DNA of 62,943 nucleotides, filler included, from Octopus bimaculoides (lineage: Eukaryota): assembly GCF_001194135.2 (NCBI RefSeq). It is 3 parts of 3 records of this genome, joined end to end, with 100 filler letters (N's around TTAATTAATTAA, not from the genome) between each part and the next. Parts side by side here need not be neighbours in the genome. Positions count along the whole stretch, not along the records: positions 44,906 to 62,943 come from NC_069005.1; 2 more parts are not named here. One strand, given 5' to 3'. Shown here piece after piece: positions 53,497 to 62,943 of this stretch (within the stretch, counting starts at the first letter, position 1; each line of letters opens with the position of its first letter). Both the position numbers and the translations under genes were made by a program. The notes under the pieces were generated by a model. That model was not told the origin of the DNA. It did no database searches and worked only from the letters and a program-made list of their open reading frames with translations.

Positions 53497-54888
53497 GTAC
53501 AAGCCGTCCAATAAGGCGCCAGCTTTACCCCCGAGACAATCCCGCAGCCAAAGGCATCGTTTGGCAATGGGAGGCTGACCAACCTGGCAACTGGCAGATG
53601 TTTGACATGATTACGCTGTGTCTCATTGAGTCTTCCTGGTTACAGGGCTTACAGAGCATTGATCTTAGCAAATCGCCCAACATTTGTATGCCGTACTTTC
53701 TAGATTTGGCTTCGATGAAGCAGATCCGCATCGAGACTGGTAACGCAAGGAAGATTCGCCGTACAACGCTGACGTATTTCTACCCGCTGGCCGTAGCTTC
53801 TCCCATGATGCCAGCCCTGAATATGCATTCACCAATGTCGCAGCAGACATCCCCGTTGGCACAGCAGCAGGTTCCTCCTTCGTTATTGCAGCAGCAGCAG
53901 CAACAGCAGCAACAATTTCAACAGCAGCAACAACAACAACAACAACAACAGCAGCAATCATTGCAGCAGCAGCAGCAGGCATTGCAGCAACAACAACAAC
54001 AACAGACATTGCAACAACAACAACAGCAGACATTACAACAACAACAACAGCATGTCCTGCAACAACAACAACAACATCAACACCAACAGCAACAACAACA
54101 ATTTATGTCTCAATCTATGGCAACAGGCCAACAACAACTCGCTGCAGATAGCCGGCACTCTTTAACGGGAGGCCCTGCCCCAGGCCAAGGGAGTGAACAT
54201 AACATTTCAGATGGTTCGTACCCAGGTGCAGTTAGCGGGGCACCGGCCACATCTGGCAATGCAACGATTGCTCCCAGTATCAGGGGTTCGAACAGCCAGA
54301 ACAGTTTCTCGAACAAGGGCAACAAACGGTCCCTTCCTAAATCCACTGCAATACACAATACGACCCAGGCAGCGTCGCAAATGTTAGCCTCGACGTTTTT
54401 TAACCCTCACGGGTTTTTAAGCTCCTCCCCACTCGAATCAAAGTTGGCCATCGCAAAGAAGCTGAAACTGAATAACATTGGACACAAAGTGCCTTCTGCC
54501 TCCGCTGCCATGTCANNNNNNNNNNNNNNNNNNNNNNNNNNNNNNNNNNNNNNNNNNNNNNNNNNNNNNNNNNNNNNNNNNNNNNNNNNNNNNNNNNNNN
54601 NNNNNNNNNNNNNNNNNNNNNNNNNNNNNNNNNNNNNNNNNNNNNNNNNNNNNNNNNNNNNNNNNNNNNNNNNNNNNNNNNNNNNNNNNNNNNNNNNNNN
54701 NNNNNNNNNNNNNNNNNNNNNNNNNNNNNNNNNNNNNNNNNNNNNNNNNNNNNNNNNNNNNNNNNNNNNNNNNNNNNNNNNNNNNNNNNNNNNNNNNNNN
54801 NNNNGGCTCACAAGCAGCTGCTGGGCCCCCAGTTGATGGCCCCGCCTAACCTCCAATCTCCGATGCAACAACAACAACAACAACAACA

Positions 54889-54919
<31 letters not shown>

Positions 54920-55371
54920 CAACAACAACACCACCACCATCAACACCAACAACAACAACATCAACACCACCACCACCAACACCACCAACAACAGCAGCCA
55001 CAACAACAACAACAACAAGCACATTTCATTCCAAGCATAACGAGTAACAGTAATATCATTGTTAACCCTAATTTAAACACTGCTGGCATGATTGGTGCTG
55101 GTAGCAGACTTGGGAACCAGACCCCTTTATACGCTCACCCACCTCAAATGCAACTGTCACAGCATCCTCAGAGTGCTCACCACAGCGGACAGATGATGGG
55201 CCAACAGCAGCAGCCATCCATATCTTTACAGCCTGCACACTGTCAGCCTCGTCAGGCGTATTTACCCCCATATTCCGGCTATAGTAATGGCTTGGACCCT
55301 TTAGCTAACGGGGTCCAGCCAACAAGGGCTCTCTTTCACATGCCGGGTGCACACCAACCATCTCTATCCAA
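53497..55371 (+). CDS. DTX: Deltex exon 2 (WWE domain 2 plus polyQ/polyH and Pro/Ser-rich region); contains an assembly gap at 54516-54804
   Basis: Acceptor tttattcttcag; G|GT ACA joins exon 1 in frame; GTSRPIRRQLYP..KGIVWQWE is the Deltex inter-WWE signature; donor AA|GTAAGT, phase 2. Confidence 0.9.
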
Positions 55372-55904
55372 GTAAGTTCACAAGAGATTTATAACATTCC
55401 AAAATGTATTGAAAGCTTCTGAAAAATCTCGTTATTTGACTGTTATGTGTTTGTGTGTTTTTTTTTTTAATTGAATTTGAGAAAAATATTTTGTTTTTCT
55501 TTTATTTTGTGTGGTGCAGGTTTAACTGCATGGCAAGAAGTTTCCTTCCCAACCAAGTTGTTTTGGGTTCAGCCCCTTTATGAAGCATCTTTGGCAAGAT
55601 AATTTTATTACAGCTTTAGAATGACTAAAGCCTTTGTGAGTGGATTTGGTAAATGAGAGGGTGTTTGTGTCTGCTTGTGAATACATAGGCCCCTAAAACA
55701 GTTAGCAAAAGTACAGTACCAGCTATCGGATCATGCTTGTGAGTGGCAGCTAAGCTTAGCTTCTCCTAGTTACTTTGATGATCATGATGAAGTTTGCTGG
55801 GGAGTTCTGATAAGACTGAAACATGTCAGGAATTGTCTCCCATCCATGCCAAAAAGAATCAAAACAAAATTAGCTAACTAAAAGTTTTTTTTTTCTGTGG
55901 ATAA

Positions 55905-55951
55905 TTATTTTTGTGTTTCCATGTACCAGATCCACTCACAAAGCTGTAGTT

Positions 55952-55984
<33 letters not shown>

Positions 55985-56179
55985 AACACATATATATGTA
56001 CACATGCACACACATACACATATATATACATGATAGGCTTCTTTCAGTTTCCATCTACCAAATCCATTCACAAGACTTTGGTTGCACACATATATACATG
56101 ACAGGCTTCTTTCAGTTTCCATATACCAGATCCACTCACAAGGGTTTGGTAGCATGCACATATATATGTACACACGCGT

Positions 56180-56222
<43 letters not shown>

Positions 56223-56395
56223 TATATGATAGGCTTCTTACAGTTTCCATCTACCGAATCCGCTCACAAGGCTTTGGTTGGCCCAGGGCTATAATAGAAG
56301 TTATATGCCCGAGATGTCATGCAGTGGGATGAATCTAGAACCATGTGGTTGGGAAGCAAACTTCTTCAACGCACAACCGCACTTACACCTATATC
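55905..56395 (-). repeat. Family-1 SINE whose internal block is tandemly repeated four times, separated by (CA)/(TA) tracts
   Basis: cagtttccatctaccaaatccactcacaagg-like units at about 55915, 56044, 56114 and 56241. Confidence 0.75.
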
Positions 56396-56643
56396 TACTC
56401 CAATGTATTTTCTACTGCTGTTATATTTTACTGTCTCTCGGAGTAGATATGGAAAGTTAAATGGGTCACTTTGAGGAACTGAATTGAAAGAAAGACAAAA
56501 CAGTACTGTGGGTTATGGGTGAACAAACCTATGGTCAGAAGCTTTCCAACTGTGGCCATCCCATCTTGTATATCTAGTACTACTTTCTCTAATGCGACTT
56601 CTTTTTGTAATAACCTGTCTTTATGTTTTTCATTTTACATTTA

Positions 56644-56886
56644 TGAGGTGATATCAAAAAGTTCCCAGACTAGTTCTGTAGCATGCCAACAGATGGCAGC
56701 ACATGGTTGTATGTGCAGTGAGAGCTAGCAGTGACCTTCATGGGTCAGTGTGTTGAGTGACATTGCTGTATTTACTTTATAAATTTGTGTTTTTGTGATT
56801 ATGTGTATGCTGTAGTCTGCGTTTTTTTTTGTCATGGAGGACAGGAAATTGGAACAAAGAGCCAACATAAAATTTTGTGTTAAATT
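56644..56886 (+). mobile_element. Mariner transposon 5' fragment
   Basis: TA + (c/t)gaggtgatatcaaaaagttcc TIR-like start; MEDRKLEQRANIKFCVK from 56834, the mariner transposase N-terminus. Confidence 0.75.
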
Positions 56887-56919
56887 TTGTGTGTATATAT
56901 ATATATATATAACACATAA

Positions 56920-57380
56920 TAATAAATGAGTATATGCATATATACGTACAAGTATGTGCATACCTACGTCTACCTGTATATATAGGTGCATATCTGGGTA
57001 CAGGACACTGCAAACAAAACGTAGACAAAAAAATAATAATAACCAGAGTACAGAAAACACACAGGCCACATAGACAACATTTTCCTTCATCAGCTGCCCC
57101 CATTCTAACACAGGCGTTTCGAAGAGTTAGGGCAGGACACATCGTTAAAATGGCTCTTCCCACAGGCCACAAATTAAATTTGTATACACAAATTAAATTT
57201 GTACCATGGAGGAATGTAGTGGCAGACAGAAAACAAGACAGGAAAACAAACGGAAAAGGCCAGATGTGAAAAATTATGTGTATATGGAACGCTGTGAAGC
57301 AACGAACTGGAAGCGGGACGAAGTAAGTTCGTATGTTTGCTCGGCGATAGCCAAGGAAGAAAATACACATGTATATCATA
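56920..57380 (-). mobile_element. Interspersed repeat, probably a Penelope-like terminal segment
   Basis: Shares the gtcctgtacccagatatgcacctatata block with 11325-11400; contains CGAAAC and CTGATGA motifs; class is inferred. Confidence 0.4.
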
Positions 57381-57689
57381 TTCTACTTTCCATGCCGGCA
57401 TGGGTTACACAGTTTTATAATTGTATATCAGACTCTGTACTTGTATTGAGTCCGTAATTCAGTTATTGTATGCTGGTTTTTGTGCTTATAAATAGATAGA
57501 GTAATTGCTATCTGTCTGTCGATCAATATATGAATGAATCAATAAAAACAAGGCTTTATTTATCATCAATGGATGAGAAAACACCAACAAAAATTATCCT
57601 TTTGAAAGAATTTATATGCTGTTGCTACTTCTCTCTCTCTCTCTCTCTCTCCTCTGCTTCTCACCGCTTTTCTCTTTTGCTATTCATAC

Positions 57690-58160
57690 ATACTTATGTA
57701 TATATATATATATATATATAATCTCCTTTCTCTCTCTGCTTTTCATTATTTTCCTCTTTTGTTGGTATATATATATGTGTGTATGTATGTGTATATATAT
57801 GTGTGTGTGTATATATATATATATGTGTATTTGTATGTATGTATGTATATGTGTATGTGTGTATGTATGTGTGTGTATATGTGTATTGTGTATATATATA
57901 TATATATCTTTGTATGTGTGTGTGTATGTATGTATATATGTATGTGTGCATGTATGTATGTGTGTGTGTATATGTGTGTGTATATATGTATGTGTGTATG
58001 CATGTATGTGTGTGTATGTATATGTATGTGTGTATGTATGTGTGTGTATATATGTGTATGTATATATATGTGTATGTATCTGTATGTATATGTATGTATG
58101 TGTGTATATATGTATGTGTATATATGTGTGTGTGTGTGTTTATATGTGTGTGTGTATACC
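57690..58160. repeat. Degenerate (TA)/(TG) microsatellite
   Basis: Directly visible. Confidence 0.9.
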
Positions 58161-59267
58161 TGTCTCTCTATTTCTGTTAATTTAACTTTTGCTCACCAGT
58201 TTCCACCTCTCTTCCTTTCTTTGTCTGACTCTCTCTTTCTATCTCTCTGCATCTTTCTATCTCTCTCTCTCTGTCTCTCTCTCTCTCACTCTCTCTCGGC
58301 TATCTTCCTCCTTTAGCTCTCCACACTTTACTCCCATTGATTGCTTTCTTCCTCTTTACACCCACTCCCTCTCTCTCTCTCTCCATTCTCATCCTTCTCT
58401 CCACCCTCATCCTGACATCATTCGCTTCTACCGCTGACGCTGCAGTCGTTGTTACTACTGCTGACGCTGCAGTCGTTGCTACGGCTGCTGGCGCTGCAGC
58501 TGTTGCAACTGCTGCAGATACTGTTGGCCTCCCCTTCTGTCTGGCTAAGCTGCAAGAGGAAAGCGAGAGTTGGTCAGTCAGTGACTGTGTCGAGTTGTTC
58601 TTGGTGAAATTGCAATGATTTATCTGTCTGTCTGACTTTCGGTCAGTCAGTCAAGCAAGCAATCAGTCAATCACTCAATCAATCAATCAATCAGTCTATG
58701 TCTGTTTGTCAATCAAACAGTCTGTGTTTGGTATTCCTCCAGTGCATCAGAGCTGCTTCACCAATGTTTATAGGAAAACATCTTGTTTCATTCACAAATC
58801 AAGTCAGTTGATTGTCTTTTTTTTTCCCTCTTTCTGTCTTTGTTTTTGTTGGTTAAATTATAATTGAATTCTTTTCTCTTCTCCATTTCAAAAAAAAAAA
58901 AAAGAAATTACATAATTTTTGTTTTTTATAGAAATGTGTCTGTGTGCTATTTGCATATATTTTAAAATGAAGCTGGAGTGATGACATCAAAGACTGGACA
59001 GGGTGGAGACCCTGGGAGACAGATTTTTACAGCTGTAGCAAGACTGCAGTGTGTGTATGTGTGTGTGTGTGTGAAGGGGTTGTGGTTGTGCCTGAGGGTN
59101 NNNNNNNNNTTCAAAAAAAAAAAAAAGAAATTACATAATTTTTGTTTTTTATAGAAATGTGTCTGTGTGCTATTTGCATATATTTTAAAATGAAGCTGGA
59201 GTGATGACATCAAAGACTGGACAGGGTGGAGACCCTGGGAGACAGATTTTTACAGCTGTAGCAAGAC

Positions 59268-59298
<31 letters not shown>

Positions 59299-60184
59299 AA
59301 GGGGTTGTGGTTGTGCCTGAGGGTCTACTCCCTTAGCTTGGCAGCCACCTCCACCTTGCCTCACTCCAAAATCATGAGGAGGGGCATGCCTATTAATTTA
59401 TCTATTATGTGTTGTTGTGTACGTGAAATTGTGTGTGTGTTGTGTGTGGATATACATGTGATTGCGTGTGTGTGAATATGTGATTGCGTGTGTATTTGTG
59501 TGCATGCGTATGTGTGAATGTACATGCGATTGTGTGTGCATGTATGTGTGTTTGCATATGAATATCGATGTGATTGCATGTGTGAATGTGTGTGTGTGTG
59601 TGTGTGGATACATGTGATTGTGTATGCATATATGTCTTTGTGTGTATGTGAACAGGCATGTGTGTGTGTGAATATTCATGTGATTGTGTATGTGTGTGTG
59701 GATATACATGTGACTCTGTGCAAGTGTGTACGTCTGTTTGTGTGCATGTGAGTATGTACGTGTGTGTGTGTGTGTGAATATATAAATACTCATATTGTCT
59801 CTGAATTAGAATGTATTAATGTGACTCTTCTAGTAGTCACCCTTACGTGGGATAACTCCTTTAGTGCCGGTGGTGCAATAAAATTAATCCAGTACAGCCT
59901 GTATAATGGTTAGCAATAGGAAGGGCATCCAGCCAGTGAATGCATTCTAAAATAAATATGTTGGGCTCTCAGACAAATTCGTTTGTCATTGTTGAGTTTA
60001 AATTTCTAGAAACAGGTTGGGGCCAGTTATAAATGTACTTAAGATTTTTTAACTATGTTTAATTATGTATATGTGTGTGTGTGTGTGTGTGTATAATATA
60101 TATATATAAGAATTATAAATGTTATTGCAATACAATAGTATCATTTCCCAGCTAAATAAAGCACCGTAAATGTAGAATTATAAA

Positions 60185-60422
60185 TAGGAAATAGTGCCAC
60201 AATAAGGCACCAGTGTTTGCTGGAAATAGCAGTCGATAACCGTATGATGCTATGTAAAGCTTCACTGAATGTATAGATGCAAGGATGTGTGCAGGCAACG
60301 AATGTAAAAAATTTTCATCTTATTTTTAGGGAGAAAGCCGGATAAGCATTACATAGCATCGTATGGTTATCGACTGCTATTTCCAGCAAACATTGGTGCC
60401 TTGTTGTGCCACTATTTCCTAT
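60185..60422. mobile_element. MITE with ~78-bp near-perfect TIRs and TA termini
   Basis: 60185-60262 is the reverse complement of 60344-60422 with a handful of mismatches. Confidence 0.85.
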
Positions 60423-60832
60423 ATATATTATATATATATATATATTATATATATANNNNNNNNNNNNNNNNNNNNNNNNNNNNNNNNNNNNNNNNNNNNN
60501 NNNNNNNNNNNNNNNNNNNNNNNNNNNNNNNNNNNNNNNNNNNNNNNNNNNNNNNNNNNNNNNNNNNNNNNNNNNNNNNNNNNNNNNNNNNNNNNNNNNN
60601 NNNNNNNNNNNNNNTACCAGTCTCCATATTTCATTCCTTAATAGTTACCTCTGAAGAGCGCAGGATTACTTAATCGGACTGTTACCTAACACTCCGTTGA
60701 ACCCATTGTGTGAAACCAATTGGTGAAATCGGCCATAATGGATATACAATGCTATACACTTCGATTAATACTCTCACTCTACTGTCAGATATACGAACGC
60801 ATTTTTTCTTGACTTACGGACTCTTAGACAGC

Positions 60833-60880
<48 letters not shown>

Positions 60881-61077
60881 ATATTATTCTTTAACAAGAA
60901 TGCTGTTAACAGTGACTTCAAAGCAAGGGATATTGGTTGGCCAGGGACTATAGAAGGAGACACTAGCCCAAGGTGCCACAGGGTGGGCAAACTTCTTACC
61001 ACACAGACATGCCTGTGCTTGTGTATATACAACATACGTATGCCCCACACACACATATATATATATCTTCCTTTCAT

Positions 61078-61485
61078 TTTTTACTTATTTCAGTCATTAT
61101 ACTGTGGCCATGCTGGGGCACCACCTTCAAGAATTTTTAGTCAAATAAATCGACCCTAGTTCTTGTTATTTTTCTTTAAGCCTGGTACTTATTCTATCGA
61201 TCTCTTTTGCTGAACTGCTAAGTTACAGGGACATAAACACTCCAACGTTGGTTGTCAAGTGATGGTGGGGTATATAAACACTGACGCAAAGACACACACA
61301 CACACACATATACACACACAACAGGTTTCTTTCAGTTTCCACCTACCAAATCCACTCACAAGGCTTTGGTCGGCCCGAGGCCGTAGTAGAAGACACTTGC
61401 CCAAGGTGCCATACAGTGGGACCTGAACCCAGAACCTTGTTGTTGGGAAGCAAGCTACTTACCACACAGCCATGCCTGCACCTAT
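61078..61485 (-). mobile_element. Full-length composite SINE (family 1)
   Basis: Reverse complement colinear with 49746-50137. Confidence 0.88.
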
Positions 61486-61814
61486 ACATATATAATATAT
61501 ATATTTATTTATTTGCTCTCACACACACATACATACAATGTCGGACATTGTTCTTCCCCTCTTCCAGATGTGATGTTCTGTTAGTCTTTACATAATTCCA
61601 TTTATATTTTGATTAAGTAGATTAATCCTTCTTTTTTTTGTGTGTGTTACTTAATCCTCTTAATAACACAGAGATCGGTAGAGGGATGGAAAAGTGGATA
61701 TATAGATGGCTGGCTGGCTGGCTGTCAGTCAAACCTGTGTTCTCATATTAATTTAATTGGTTGCAGGACAGTGGAAGTGTGTGTGTGCGTACGTATGTGT
61801 GTATATATATTATA

Positions 61815-62000
61815 CGAGGTGGTATCGAAAAGTTCCTGGACTAGTTCTGTAGCATGCCAACAGATGGCAGCACATGGTTGTGTGTGCAGTGAGAGCTAGC
61901 AGTGACCTTCATGAGGCAGTGTGCCGTGTGGCATTGCTGTGTTTACTTTGCAAGTTGTGAAATTTGTGTTTTTGTGATCACATGTACGCTGAAGTCTGAG
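61815..62000 (+). mobile_element. Mariner 5' fragment (same family as 56644)
   Basis: Near-identical first ~180 bp, preceded by TA. Confidence 0.75.
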
Positions 62001-62251
62001 ATATAAGTATTCCTCTTGTATTCTTTTACTCGTTTCGGTCATTTGATCACAACCATGATGGGTACACAAGAACAATGGTTGTAGCTGCCTCAGTTGTCTT
62101 CCGGCTGTCCACCTCCTCTATCTTCGTTTTCTTCCTCTTCTCTCTCGTCATCTTTAATCACTACAGTCTACTTTTGTCCAATGCATTGAAATAAGCAAAA
62201 TTGACCAACCGCTTCTTTTTCTTTTCTTTTTTTGTCCACTCCTCCTCGCAG

Positions 62252-62322
62252 TGCTTCTGTGCCTCTCAACCAACCAACTAACATGAAAACTATTGGACGT
62301 TTGATCAGCCCCGTCGTATCAA
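62252..62322 (+). CDS. DTX: Probable deltex exon 3 (71 nt; N-ASVPLNQPTNMKTIGRLISPVVS)
   Basis: Long pyrimidine tract ending cctcgcag; phase 2 matches the exon 2 donor; open frame; consensus donor CAA|GTAAGT; no recognisable domain. Confidence 0.65.
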
Positions 62323-62943
62323 GTAAGTCCTTCTTCTTTAAAATAATCTCCTCCTCCGTTTTCTTCTCATGCCTTTTATTCTTTTTTTCTTCTTCCTTCT
62401 CTTCCTGCTTTTCTTCCTTCTTTCATCTCCTCCTCCTCCCGTTTTCTTATTCCTTCTTGCTTTTCCTCCTCCTCGTTCTTTTTCTTCTCTTCCTCCTCCT
62501 ATTGCTTTTCTTCTTCCTTCTTTCTTACTCCTCCTCCTGTCTTGTTGTTCTCCTTCATTTTCTTTCTTTCTTTCTTTCATTCTGCTCTTCCTCTTCCTCC
62601 TTCCATGAAGCACACACATAGCTTACCTGATATCTCGAGAGGTTTCTAGTTCGTCATTGGCGATGCATTTTGACCATCCATGGCCACCACCTTTTATTCT
62701 CTCTGACGAATCCAAGAAGCTTTAAGTTGCTTTAAGCAGATCTTTAAGCAGATCTATGTTAAAAGGCTCTCCACCCATGACTGTCCCATCTTTTGTTTTT
62801 TCAAATATACTGTACATGGAAAGCCTTGTGAGTGGATTTGGTAGACAGAAACTGAAAGAAGCCTATTGTATATATCATCATCATCATTCTTTAATGCCTG
62901 TTTTCCATGCTGGCATGGGTTGGAGCTGCACCATGTTCCAGTC

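Noticed and set aside
58887-59324. ~213-bp direct duplication around a 10-N gap
   Set aside because: Copies differ mainly in the (TG)n tract; typical unmerged contig overlap or two haplotypes
59335-59420. Phase-compatible alternative deltex exon (LAATSTLPHSKIMRRG...)
   Set aside because: Weak acceptor and no convincing donor

Overview
AT-rich, gap-riddled eukaryotic (not prokaryotic) genomic DNA packed with microsatellites and tRNA-derived SINEs. The repeat landscape looks like Octopus, which is my inference and not a database result. Two host genes can be modelled from splice signals. (1) A Deltex-family E3 ligase on the + strand: tandem WWE domains and a large polyQ exon, three exons visible (50462-50666, 53497-55371, probably 62252-62322); the RING/DTC exons should lie beyond the window. 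(2) A small secreted single chitin-binding (CBM14/peritrophin-A) protein on the - strand (33089-33053, 31198-30977, terminal exon uncertain), which the ORF track shows only in fragments. There is also an orphan signal-peptide exon at 2085-2162. The rest is decayed mobile DNA: Tx1-like, R4/Dong-like and RTE LINE fragments, a Tigger/pogo transposon, hAT and mariner remnants, MITEs and three SINE families. The two most unusual signals are a head-to-tail array of ORF1-only (gag-like, CCHC knuckle) retroelement derivatives with a conserved 3' hairpin (21889-25750), and several minimal Penelope-type hammerhead ribozyme motifs, two of which share a non-canonical core. Two 100-bp artificial spacers (14260-14359, 44806-44905) mark scaffold joins, so order and orientation across them are not sequence-proven. 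No CRISPR, rRNA or genuine tRNA genes were seen.
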